The notes beneath the pieces were generated by a model. That model was not told the DNA's origin, made no database searches, and saw only the letters and a program-made list of their open reading frames with translations. The position numbers were made by a program, and so were the translations under genes. 64,000 nucleotides of DNA from a virus: IMG/VR virus record IMGVR_UViG_3300050015_000702. One strand, 5' to 3'. The stretch's first letter is position 1. The number at the start of each line of letters is the position of its first letter. Of the stretch, positions 18,078-26,925 are shown in pieces.

Positions 18078-19577
18078 ATGACCACTTACCTATCAATAGT
18101 AATTGAAAAAGAATTGGATGATATTGTATTTGAAGAATATGGATACACTTATCATGAAGGATTTGAATTGAATGAAGCTAAGGATGACGATGGAAAATAT
18201 GAAACCCCAGTTAACAGGGGTTTATCTTTCCCAGCCAGAGCTATTCGTTACAAAAAAGCCAAGAACATCATGGCTAGATATGCTAAGAAGATTATAAAGA
18301 AATCGGAAGGCATCATTGAAAAATTCGAATCTGAATTAAATAAGTCTATTGTCCAGATTAAGAAAAGAGGACTTGAGCTTACAAAACAACTTGAAAAAGC
18401 TAGAGCAGCTGGGAATGAAACAGAGGAAAAAGCAGCGATCAACCAACAAAAGAAATTCAAATCGGATGTTGAGTTAAACCAAGCAGCAAGAATTCAAAAT
18501 CTAAATCAATCAGTCGATAATCTTATTGGTGCTTACACTAATGGTATTAATAAAAGAATAGACGAACCCGGATATGTTCTTAAAGTAGAACTATCAGATA
18601 AAGGTAAAGCCGATCTTAAATTCTTCTGGGAAGAACATGTAGCTCTTATCCGTCAGCAAATTTATGAGAAACTCATTAAAATTATCAATCATAAGAATGT
18701 CAAGGGCCTCGAAACTCTTATTGCTAAATTGGAAGTAGAGATTGAAGATGCTGAAGACAAAAGAATGGTAGTTCGAAGATCCCGTCAAGGAATTTATCGA
18801 GATGATAAAAAAGAAGCTCTGCAAAAACAAAGGGACCAGATGAGGGGAGGTAAAAATAAAGTTGAAGGCGGGTTAGAAGAACCCGAACAACATAAACCCG
18901 AAACTGAAGGACCTAAGAATATTCAAGTAGCGGGGGAGCATGTTTTATCTGATGAAGATTTTGATAAACTCTATAAATTTTTAGATGAAGATTTGCCGGA
19001 AGGAATCCAAAAAGAGAATGAACCTTATCGAGTTTCATACAAGGATAAAGAAATATTACATTCTTATGATGCTTACCTTCAAATAAAGAAAGATACCAAA
19101 GAAATAATGGTAGCTCTTTATAAAATTGATCAGGTTCCGGAAGACGATGAAGCTCTAAAGGAATTTGCTATTGACGATATGGAACAAGCAGAAAATTTTG
19201 TGGATGCAGTAGAAGCAGGAGAAGAAGCTAGGGGATTTGAAGAGAAAGATGTCAAAGCTGAAAAGTATGCTGAAGTTATCTCAGATTATCTTGAAATTCT
19301 ATTCAAAACCAAGAAAAAACGTATTGTAGATTCATTTTCTTATGGATTCTATAATGATTTCAAAGGAGCTCAAAGAATTCAAGACTTTTCTCATTATATG
19401 GCATCAGAAATATTGGATAACCCTAAACATTATGCCAAATTTTTAAAACTTCTTCAGAATGAAAGCTTTACGGATCAGCAATTGATTCTTCTTATGCTTA
19501 AATTCAAGGAGGGATATGAAAAGAGCTTAAAAGAAAGCTTCTTCTCGCTAAGAGATTATGTTAAACATCATTTATAA
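18078..19577 (+). CDS. hypothetical coiled-coil protein (paralog of 17264)
   Basis: LNE|A site; ADLKFFW here vs ADLQSYW in 17264. Confidence 0.7.
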   Translation: MTTYLSIVIEKELDDIVFEEYGYTYHEGFELNEAKDDDGKYETPVNRGLSFPARAIRYKKAKNIMARYAKKIIKKSEGIIEKFESELNKSIVQIKKRGLELTKQLEKARAAGNETEEKAAINQQKKFKSDVELNQAARIQNLNQSVDNLIGAYTNGINKRIDEPGYVLKVELSDKGKADLKFFWEEHVALIRQQIYEKLIKIINHKNVKGLETLIAKLEVEIEDAEDKRMVVRRSRQGIYRDDKKEALQKQRDQMRGGKNKVEGGLEEPEQHKPETEGPKNIQVAGEHVLSDEDFDKLYKFLDEDLPEGIQKENEPYRVSYKDKEILHSYDAYLQIKKDTKEIMVALYKIDQVPEDDEALKEFAIDDMEQAENFVDAVEAGEEARGFEEKDVKAEKYAEVISDYLEILFKTKKKRIVDSFSYGFYNDFKGAQRIQDFSHYMASEILDNPKHYAKFLKLLQNESFTDQQLILLMLKFKEGYEKSLKESFFSLRDYVKHHL

Positions 19578-19580
19578 GAT

Positions 19581-20288
19581 ATGGACGAAAACAAAATACC
19601 CAAATTAGAAGATTTTAAAAATTCTGCTATCAAAGAAGATTTTTATAATCCTTTTACAGAAGACGAAGAATTAGCAGCAAAGAAACCTAAACATGTTGCT
19701 GACTATGGCGGAGCTTTTCAACCAAGGAAAGAAACATTTAACCTAGGCCGTGTTGAATACTCAAAACGCCCTGGAGGAGATTATACTATGCTTGGAAAAA
19801 CCCAGTTCGCCAAAGGTGAAATTGTTGAGGTTTGTCCCGTGATATTAGTTTCCGATTTAGCTAAAACTATTGACAGGTTAAAGGATATTATCTTTGAACT
19901 TGACAAAGCTAAAAATCAGTGGGGTTTAATCTTAGGATACGGATCTTTATACAGACATTCGCAAACTCCTAACCTTACTTATGGCTATAACCCTAAAAAC
20001 AAACAAATGTATTTCACCACGAATCGTTATATCAAACTTGGTGAGGAACTTACAATAGATTACGGAACAGACTACTGGGCAGAAAGAACTAATTTCAATA
20101 CGATGGCTGAAATTCCGAATGTAAATAAAGATACTACCCCTGTAGCTAAACCTGAAAATGAAAGCATGGTTCAACCAAACTCTGCAGACATTGACCAGAA
20201 AAAATCAGGAGTAATGTTCAATGATCCTAATAGTAAACAAAATCCTGCTCGTACCGGCGTTGCAATGCAAGGGGTTGGGCAATCATAA
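19581..20288 (+). CDS. SET-domain protein
   Basis: KGEIVEVCPV, LGYGSLYRHSQTPN, IKLGEELTIDYGTDYW (NH of the SET motif appears as RH). Confidence 0.85.
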   Translation: MDENKIPKLEDFKNSAIKEDFYNPFTEDEELAAKKPKHVADYGGAFQPRKETFNLGRVEYSKRPGGDYTMLGKTQFAKGEIVEVCPVILVSDLAKTIDRLKDIIFELDKAKNQWGLILGYGSLYRHSQTPNLTYGYNPKNKQMYFTTNRYIKLGEELTIDYGTDYWAERTNFNTMAEIPNVNKDTTPVAKPENESMVQPNSADIDQKKSGVMFNDPNSKQNPARTGVAMQGVGQS

Positions 20289-20299
20289 ACCTAAAAACC

Positions 20300-20683
20300 A
20301 TGACATATATTGATCTTCTAAGAATTTCTTTATTAGAAAAAGACGGCGAAATAAAAACAGATGAAGGTGAAGTAAAATCCACCTGCGTTTGTAAATCCAC
20401 GGCTGTATTTCGTTTTAATGAATATGTTGAAACCACATTTCCTGGAGCTAATGATGAGGAAAGAGAAGCAATTCTTAGCGGAGTTTCGGATAAGATCCTA
20501 CATGATTTGATGGAACAAACATCAGCAGAATATAATCATGTTGGAATTTGGCTAACTATATCGGGAGTTGTGATTGAAAATAGCATAGATCTTCCGGGTT
20601 TAAAAGCTATTGAAGAATTCGCACCAGATACAGAGATTGTTCCAATCTACGAATTTATAAAAATGACTTTGAAGCAACCATGA
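20300..20683 (+). CDS. hypothetical protein
   Basis: 127-aa ORF in the operon. Confidence 0.65.
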   Translation: MTYIDLLRISLLEKDGEIKTDEGEVKSTCVCKSTAVFRFNEYVETTFPGANDEEREAILSGVSDKILHDLMEQTSAEYNHVGIWLTISGVVIENSIDLPGLKAIEEFAPDTEIVPIYEFIKMTLKQP

Positions 20684-21018
20684 GCGATATTGGGCAATTC
20701 GATGAATTGTATCTTATAAATCCAGAAGGAGAGCTTGTTAAAATGGGTGATAATGAACATCACCTAGAATATTTGCTGAGTTATTTTCCAGATGAAGAAA
20801 ATTATGATGAAGAATTCTGGGATTTTGTTTTTGAAGAAGGATGGATTCGTATTGAACTCAAAAAGAATCATCGTGATGGCTGGGATTTATCTTTGAACGG
20901 CGAAAGCTTATCCAAGATGAAAAAAGCTGTCAGAGATAATTTTCTAAGTAGAGTAAAACATGGAGAAAACAAGGTTCACATTGTATGGGGAAAAAATGCA
21001 TACCCATGGATGGGCTAA
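20680..21018 (+). CDS. hypothetical protein (possibly 3' truncated by the endonuclease)
   Basis: ATGA overlap with the upstream gene; GWIRI motif. Confidence 0.6.
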   Translation: MSDIGQFDELYLINPEGELVKMGDNEHHLEYLLSYFPDEENYDEEFWDFVFEEGWIRIELKKNHRDGWDLSLNGESLSKMKKAVRDNFLSRVKHGENKVHIVWGKNAYPWMG

Positions 21019-21568
21019 TTATGGTAAATCAATAAAAGGCAAAACAAGTGTAGAGATTTTCGGAAAAGAAAAATCCGATAAAATAAAAGAAAAATTATCT
21101 TTTGCTTCTTCTGGAGAAAATAATCCAATGTATGGGAAACCCTCTCCAATGGGCTCTGGTAATGGATGGTCCGGATGGTACAAAGGATGGTATTTTAGAA
21201 GTTTGCATGAACTTTCTTATATGATAAATGTTATCGAAAGATTTAAATTAATTTGGAAAAGTGCAGAGAAAAAAGAATTAAAAATATTTTATCATGATTT
21301 TAACGGAATTAACAAAACTTATCTTGCTGATTTTCTTATAAATGAAAAATATTTAGTAGAGATTAAACCTAAATCATTACATAGTTCGAAAATAGTTCAA
21401 TTAAAAAAAGAAGCAGCTTTAAAGTTTTGTGAAAATAATCACATGGTTTATAAATTATTGGACTCCCCTATTTTAACAAAACAAAAAATTATTGAATTAT
21501 ATAAAACTAATCAAATTGAGTTTATAGAAAGATATAAATCAAGAGTTATAGATTATTTACAAATATAA
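20960..21568 (+). CDS. TnsA-like homing endonuclease with NUMOD-like repeat (possibly 5' truncated)
   Basis: SGENNPMYGKPSPMGSGNGWSGWYKGWYFRSLHEL...TYLADF...LVEIKP. Confidence 0.75.
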   Translation: MEKTRFTLYGEKMHTHGWANYGKSIKGKTSVEIFGKEKSDKIKEKLSFASSGENNPMYGKPSPMGSGNGWSGWYKGWYFRSLHELSYMINVIERFKLIWKSAEKKELKIFYHDFNGINKTYLADFLINEKYLVEIKPKSLHSSKIVQLKKEAALKFCENNHMVYKLLDSPILTKQKIIELYKTNQIEFIERYKSRVIDYLQI

Positions 21569-21587
21569 ACATTTAATACACAATACG

Positions 21588-22526
21588 ATGATTGTGATAG
21601 AAGGGCCGGATTGCGCAGGTAAAAGTACACTGGTAGATCACATACGAAAGCATTCAAAAATAGGATTAGTTAAACCTTTCTATCCAAAACAGAACCAGCT
21701 TAGCTATTACATTCATTCCCCGGCTTATTATGCTAATTTTTATCTTGAACGGTATTATATTAGCGAGCTTGTTTATCCAGAATTTAAACCAGGTAGAGCA
21801 AAAATGGAGCCTTGGCATCAATATCTTATTGAAGCTGGGTTAATGCCGTTTGCTCCTGTAATACTTTATGTTCGCCCAACTAAGGAAACTATACTTGAAA
21901 ACATGAAACGTCGAGGAGATGATTATGTTAACTTGGATGAAGTAGACTTAATGATTGAGACTTATGATAAAGTTGTAAAAAGATCCTATCTTCCTAGATT
22001 TGCTTTTGACTACAAAAAAACAAATTCTCCTTCAGAAATTATAGACTGGTTAGATTTTCTAGAAAACTATCATGAGGTTCTTCAAGATTCATCTCAGCCT
22101 TTACAAAAATTTCTTTCAACAGGTAATGGATCTGCAAGACCAATTATGTTTATTGGCGATATGCCAAGTGACAAATCAATTGGTAATGGATACATTAGAG
22201 CTTTTGCCAGTTATACAGGATCTTCGGAATTTTTCCATAAGTGTTTATTTAATGCTGGATATTATCCCGAAGCTCAAATGCCTTACTTTACAAATTGGAA
22301 CAAGTGTGAAAATAACGATCTCTTAAATATGAGAGCATTGGAAGAAGAACTTAAACTTGTAAATCCATGTGCTATTGTTTGTTTAGGAGAAAAGATTCGT
22401 AAAAAAGTTGGACAAGGGGAAACTATCTTCCATCCATCCTATATAAAGAGGTTTGGGAAAGAATTGGAATACGGAAATTATATCAAACAATTAAAAGTCA
22501 TTAAAAATCAAAATAAATCTAAATGA
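21588..22526 (+). CDS. dNMP (thymidylate-type) kinase fused to a uracil-DNA-glycosylase-fold domain
   Basis: N-terminal IEGPDCAGKST P-loop, ERYYISELVY and RGDDY. C-terminal IMFIGDMP...YFTN..KC...EELKLVNP.AIVCLG...HPSY resembles family-4 UDG. Confidence 0.75.
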   Translation: MIVIEGPDCAGKSTLVDHIRKHSKIGLVKPFYPKQNQLSYYIHSPAYYANFYLERYYISELVYPEFKPGRAKMEPWHQYLIEAGLMPFAPVILYVRPTKETILENMKRRGDDYVNLDEVDLMIETYDKVVKRSYLPRFAFDYKKTNSPSEIIDWLDFLENYHEVLQDSSQPLQKFLSTGNGSARPIMFIGDMPSDKSIGNGYIRAFASYTGSSEFFHKCLFNAGYYPEAQMPYFTNWNKCENNDLLNMRALEEELKLVNPCAIVCLGEKIRKKVGQGETIFHPSYIKRFGKELEYGNYIKQLKVIKNQNKSK

Positions 22527-23293
22527 ACACACGCGATGAACTTAGAAGAGCTTTTGAAACTCTAAAAAATAAAGGAGAAGTTGCAATCTCGGAAAAATGG
22601 CAAGCTACAACTCCACCAGATGCTCTTTTTGAAATTATCAACTATAGCTTTAAAATAACCAAGATGCCTGAAAGCTCAGATGAGCTTAAAAGGGAAACAA
22701 AATGCGATTATCCTTGGTCAGAAAATCATTTTCAAGAAAGAATAGCGGGAGAACCAACAAATCCGGGTTATGAATATTTAAATTGGCCTTATTATACTCC
22801 TGAAAAACACAATGGGGTTTTCAGAGCAGAAGGAGAAAATTATTTTTCTCACACTTATCAAGAAAGATTTTGGCCAGATAAAACCCTTATAGGAACTGGT
22901 AAGATGGGATACCATTTAGGTGATTTCAATGATTTAATTACCAGAATAAAAAACGATCCAGGTGGAAGACAAGCTTTCTATGCTATTTGGCACCCACAGG
23001 ATTCTGCAGAGAATGGAGTTCGTCTACCATGCACAATCGGTTATCATTTCTTAATCCGTAATGGCAAACTCAATATGTCCTATCTTATCAGAAGTTGCGA
23101 TATTCGTCGTCACTTTAGAAACGATATGTACATGAGCATCAGACTTGGTCAGTATGTTAGAGATCAGGTTAAAGAAAAAGTGGATCCAAATTTAAAGATG
23201 GGAGAATTCTTCTGCTGGTTAGGTAGTTTACACTGCTGGAATGGAGAAAAAGCCATGTTGGATGCAGATATTGCAAAATTTGATAGCTTCTAA
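22523..23293 (+). CDS. thymidylate synthase superfamily protein, dCMP-type (hydroxymethylase-like)
   Basis: RQA..IW, RLPCT (catalytic Cys), RSCDIRRHFRND and GSLH. Asp sits at the position that is Asn in dUMP-specific ThyA. Confidence 0.8.
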   Translation: MNTRDELRRAFETLKNKGEVAISEKWQATTPPDALFEIINYSFKITKMPESSDELKRETKCDYPWSENHFQERIAGEPTNPGYEYLNWPYYTPEKHNGVFRAEGENYFSHTYQERFWPDKTLIGTGKMGYHLGDFNDLITRIKNDPGGRQAFYAIWHPQDSAENGVRLPCTIGYHFLIRNGKLNMSYLIRSCDIRRHFRNDMYMSIRLGQYVRDQVKEKVDPNLKMGEFFCWLGSLHCWNGEKAMLDADIAKFDSF

Positions 23294-23294
23294 T

Positions 23295-23504
23295 ATGAAA
23301 GCCCCTAATTTACACGGGATTGAACACGATTTAATCGATTTATCCATCGCAGTTGTAGGTAATGCCGAAATTGGATATACCCTATTCATAAAAGAATATC
23401 CAGAACTAATTGTAGAAGGACATACGAAAACTGAGGGGATGATAAATCTAATGGCCGGATTTCATGATTTAATGAAAAATCATATTATACAATTTGCAGA
23501 ATGA
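23295..23504 (+). CDS. HicB-like small protein
   Basis: GYTLFIKEYPELIVEGHTKTEGMINL resembles the HicB N-terminal fold pattern. Start reassigned to ATG 23295. Confidence 0.5.
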   Translation: MKAPNLHGIEHDLIDLSIAVVGNAEIGYTLFIKEYPELIVEGHTKTEGMINLMAGFHDLMKNHIIQFAE

Positions 23505-23680
23505 ACAGATTAAGTAAAGAAGATTGGATTCTATATTGGGAACAAAGTAACGAGCACACTTGCTGCGATGTTTGCGATAAAGTAGAGGATACAATCCATT
23601 TTAGCATATTAGGAAATGTTTATGTCCTTTGTAAAGATTGCGTAAAAGAATTAAACGACACCATAAATAGTAAAGAATAA
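23501..23680 (+). CDS. small zinc-finger protein (59 aa, not in ORF track)
   Basis: ATGA and TAATG overlaps with both neighbours; CDVC...CKDC. Confidence 0.7.
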   Translation: MNRLSKEDWILYWEQSNEHTCCDVCDKVEDTIHFSILGNVYVLCKDCVKELNDTINSKE

Positions 23681-24939
23681 TGGCAGAATCAAAACATTTA
23701 AACACAGTTGAACCAGGACATATCGTCCAAGATCGACCCGGGATTCCCTCAGATTATCACTGTACTTGTGAATACTGTCAAAAATTCATGGGTGAAATCT
23801 ATAACACTGAACATGACAAATATTACAGCAATCGTATTCGTAAGGGATACTATGTTGATAAGGCTGGAGATCATCTTGATGTCGGTCATGTTATTGGTTA
23901 CAAATGGGCTATACAAAATCTTTGCCCTCCCGGAGGATATGTTTTGGATCCTACCGCAGGAACTGGAACTGCTGTTGTTGAAGCCATTACAAGTGGAAGA
24001 AATGGAATTGGAATTGAACTTGAATACCCAGAGGTTGGGGAAAGAAATATCAGAGAACAGTGGGCAAAAGCAAGAGTTCCGGATCCTGAAATAAGCTCTT
24101 ATTTTCGTCAAGGAGATGCTACAAAACTAGATAAATATTTTGCTGAATGGTCATTTAGTAACCCCGTTTTTAAAGGTCCTTTCTTGGATCTTATAGTAAA
24201 TGGAACCCCTTACCCAAAACTATCTGGAAAAAGTTCAGATGCACCCGAAAGGAAAAATCTTCACACAAAAGTTGATACCAGTTTTGATTACATGCATGAA
24301 GATAATATTGGACTTACGAAAGGGGATGCTTATTGGAAGCTCGTAGAGACGATATATTCAAAATCTATTGCTTATCTTAAGCCCGGAGGATACTTCGTCA
24401 TCATTATAAAAGACCTAGTACAAAATAAAAAACCATATCTTCTTCACAAGTATATTACGGATGTGGTTTTGGCCAGCAATCCTGATATGGAATATCATGG
24501 GTTCTTCTTACACAAACATTGTCCAACCACAATGTTTATCAATACTTATCAAAAGAGATTTCCTGGTCTCCCAATTCCTCTTTATCAAACAGGTATTGTA
24601 CTCAGGAAAAAAGGAAATTATCCCCACACTGATGGATTTCCTGTTGAAGAATCCAAAACTATTCGACAGATCCCAACCCCCGAAGAAATAGCAACCGATA
24701 AAATAAAGAAGGATGTTGAAAAAATAGTTGATAAAAAAGCTAAAATAGCACTCGATTTATCTCAATTTAAATCAGCTGGAATGGGTCCAGAATACGAGGG
24801 GCCTAAAAAGAAAAATAAAAAAAATTTCATGGAGGAATATGATAGGGGATTTCAGGATGGTTATACGAGCGCATGTTCAGATATTAAAGAACAAATATGG
24901 CAATTAAATAAAGATAATGGTAATCGGGAGGAAATTTAA
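23680..24939 (+). CDS. DNA amino-methyltransferase (N6-A/N4-C class)-like with low-complexity tail
   Basis: VLDPTAGTGT SAM-binding motif, GIGIEL, GDA, DLIVNGTPY (motif IV-like) and LKPGG. Confidence 0.75.
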   Translation: MAESKHLNTVEPGHIVQDRPGIPSDYHCTCEYCQKFMGEIYNTEHDKYYSNRIRKGYYVDKAGDHLDVGHVIGYKWAIQNLCPPGGYVLDPTAGTGTAVVEAITSGRNGIGIELEYPEVGERNIREQWAKARVPDPEISSYFRQGDATKLDKYFAEWSFSNPVFKGPFLDLIVNGTPYPKLSGKSSDAPERKNLHTKVDTSFDYMHEDNIGLTKGDAYWKLVETIYSKSIAYLKPGGYFVIIIKDLVQNKKPYLLHKYITDVVLASNPDMEYHGFFLHKHCPTTMFINTYQKRFPGLPIPLYQTGIVLRKKGNYPHTDGFPVEESKTIRQIPTPEEIATDKIKKDVEKIVDKKAKIALDLSQFKSAGMGPEYEGPKKKNKKNFMEEYDRGFQDGYTSACSDIKEQIWQLNKDNGNREEI

Positions 24940-25137
24940 ATGGGACACGTAGAAAAACTTTATTCGGAAGGAACTAAGCGACCTAAGGTAGCACCAGCTC
25001 CTCAACCAATTCCACCTAAGGATTATGAGGAACATTCTAATTTAGCTTATCATGCAGGATATGTAGCAGGCACGAAAGATACTGCTGAAAAATTCTTGAA
25101 ATATTTCGAAGATAAAAAAACGATTAAAAATGAATAA
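24940..25137 (+). CDS. hypothetical protein
   Basis: Tightly packed ORF. Confidence 0.6.
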   Translation: MGHVEKLYSEGTKRPKVAPAPQPIPPKDYEEHSNLAYHAGYVAGTKDTAEKFLKYFEDKKTIKNE

Positions 25138-25387
25138 AGTTACTGAAAGATATTTCACAACTCCAGAACAAGGAATTGAAATAATTACAGATGCAATAAA
25201 TGCTGGATGGCATCATGTAAATGGAGCAACATTAAAGGAACTCAAGAAGGATATAAAAGCCGTCATGAAAGTAAATGGAACTGAACAGTTTTTCAAATAC
25301 GTTTATGGGGTTGAAGAAGATTCCGATACAATGACATTTTCAGTCTTTGTAAAATTTGATAAAGTTTATAGTATAGCAATTAAATAA
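25130..25387 (+). CDS. hypothetical protein (paralog of 25387)
   Basis: YFTTPEQGIEII...AGW..VNG...TFSVF here vs YFDTLDDGIQLI...AGY..ING...TFCVF in 25387. Confidence 0.7.
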   Translation: MNKVTERYFTTPEQGIEIITDAINAGWHHVNGATLKELKKDIKAVMKVNGTEQFFKYVYGVEEDSDTMTFSVFVKFDKVYSIAIK

Positions 25388-25659
25388 TGGAACAGACTTT
25401 TGTAATTTCAGTACCAAATGATCCTAAAAACAAAAAGTACTTTGATACTTTAGATGATGGGATTCAACTCATTTTTGAATATATTTCTGCAGGATATAAA
25501 GAAATCAATGGAAATAAAACTACCGAAGTTATTGCAGATTTGAAAACTCTTTTCAATCCTAATCGTAAAAGATTGGAAGGGTATAAATTAAGAATGGGTA
25601 TTCATTTTGATCCTGAATACAAAACCTTTTGTGTATTTACAGAAACTATCAAATTATGA
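25387..25659 (+). CDS. hypothetical protein (paralog of 25130)
   Basis: TAATG overlap; same motifs as 25130. Confidence 0.7.
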   Translation: MEQTFVISVPNDPKNKKYFDTLDDGIQLIFEYISAGYKEINGNKTTEVIADLKTLFNPNRKRLEGYKLRMGIHFDPEYKTFCVFTETIKL

Positions 25660-26009
25660 GAAATTTAACTAATACAGAGCTTTCAGAATGTTTAAATGAG
25701 GCGTGCGTTCTATTAACTTTGGATTTTAATCAGGGAAAGGAATATGGTAACTTTGAAAAACTTCCCAATGAATCCATTAATAAAATAAAAAAATACTCTC
25801 TTGAACATTTTGAAGTTTTTGGAAATCCCGAAGTAACCTTTAGGATTACTACAAAATTATTTAATAGTGTAAAATTTTGTAACTCAGATCCAAGGGTAAA
25901 AGGTCCAAAAATAATAAAAGCTTTAATTTTAAATAAGATGTCCGGCGTAACTTTAGCAATATCCAAAGAAGGACAAGAATTTTATAAAATTTTTAAAGAA
26001 CTTATATAA
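25656..26009 (+). CDS. hypothetical protein
   Basis: Start reassigned to ATG 25656 (ATGA overlap). Confidence 0.6.
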   Translation: MRNLTNTELSECLNEACVLLTLDFNQGKEYGNFEKLPNESINKIKKYSLEHFEVFGNPEVTFRITTKLFNSVKFCNSDPRVKGPKIIKALILNKMSGVTLAISKEGQEFYKIFKELI

Positions 26010-26016
26010 TATAATC

Positions 26017-26415
26017 ATGGGAAAAATTAAAAATTTAAAATTGAGTCTTGCAGAAGTTAGACTTGAAAAACTTCAGCATGTAAAAAATCATGATTTTGAA
26101 AAAGCTTGTGCAGCTAGAGATCGAGAAAAGGATCTTTTAGATCAGATTGAAGCAGCTAGAAAAAACAAAACTAAAAAATTCTTAACAAAAGTCAAGAGGT
26201 CAGAGATCGAAGAGATTATTTTGGGTTCTCAATTTAGCATAAATACCCCCGAAAATAGATCATTACTCGGAGCATCCCTTTCTAAAGCTTTGGGATTTTC
26301 AATGGAGGATATTACCACAAATGAATTAGTTGATGATGGATTTGTGTGCTTTAGAGGATATGACCCTATTTCTAAAAAAGTAATTTCTATCACTATTGCT
26401 CCAACCACAATATAA
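26017..26415 (+). CDS. UvrB/UvrC (UVR) motif-containing protein
   Basis: LEKLQHVKNHDFEKACAARDREKDL matches the UVR pattern xDFExAAxxRD. Confidence 0.6.
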   Translation: MGKIKNLKLSLAEVRLEKLQHVKNHDFEKACAARDREKDLLDQIEAARKNKTKKFLTKVKRSEIEEIILGSQFSINTPENRSLLGASLSKALGFSMEDITTNELVDDGFVCFRGYDPISKKVISITIAPTTI

Positions 26416-26708
26416 TGGGAAGCAGATATACAAAAAGTATTCCTGAAAAAGTATGGTTTCAGGAACTTCGAGAGCGAGGATGGATTGCAGGTCCTTTTGT
26501 TGCAAAGCCCAAAGGACCTGGAAAATATCTAGCATTTAGATTGATACCAGATGAAGAATACATGAAATTTGTTATTCCCGTCGGAGAACTTACTGAAGAA
26601 CAAGCCATAGAACGATTGAAAGAATTGCGTAAGTTATATGCTGAAGATTTGGATATGCCAGACGCAGAAATATATTTAAAACCAAACAATGAGAACGATA
26701 ACGCTTGA
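26415..26708 (+). CDS. hypothetical protein
   Basis: TAATG overlap with the upstream gene. Confidence 0.6.
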   Translation: MGSRYTKSIPEKVWFQELRERGWIAGPFVAKPKGPGKYLAFRLIPDEEYMKFVIPVGELTEEQAIERLKELRKLYAEDLDMPDAEIYLKPNNENDNA

Positions 26709-26925
26709 GGAATTAGCAGCTACTCTAACCACAATGGCTACTAAATTTCCCTATGAAATAAATGAGCTATCTATAATTTATGATGGCGAAAATCTTGAAA
26801 CGAAGATTCATCCTATTATTGGAGTAGAAAATATTGAGATCAATTTTACCGTTGAAAAAACTGAAGAAGATAAAGTTCCTCCTCCGCCTCCTCCACCCCC
26901 TCCTAGATTATTAAAAGAAGAATAA
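26689..26925 (+). CDS. hypothetical protein with poly-proline tail
   Basis: 78 aa with nine consecutive Pro residues. Confidence 0.6.
   Translation: MRTITLEELAATLTTMATKFPYEINELSIIYDGENLETKIHPIIGVENIEINFTVEKTEEDKVPPPPPPPPPRLLKEE

Noticed and set aside
7961-20288. Eukaryotic giant virus origin, suggested by the GT cluster and SET domain
   Set aside because: The gp21/gp23 head and contractile baseplate genes, operonic overlaps and intrinsic terminators indicate a tailed bacteriophage.
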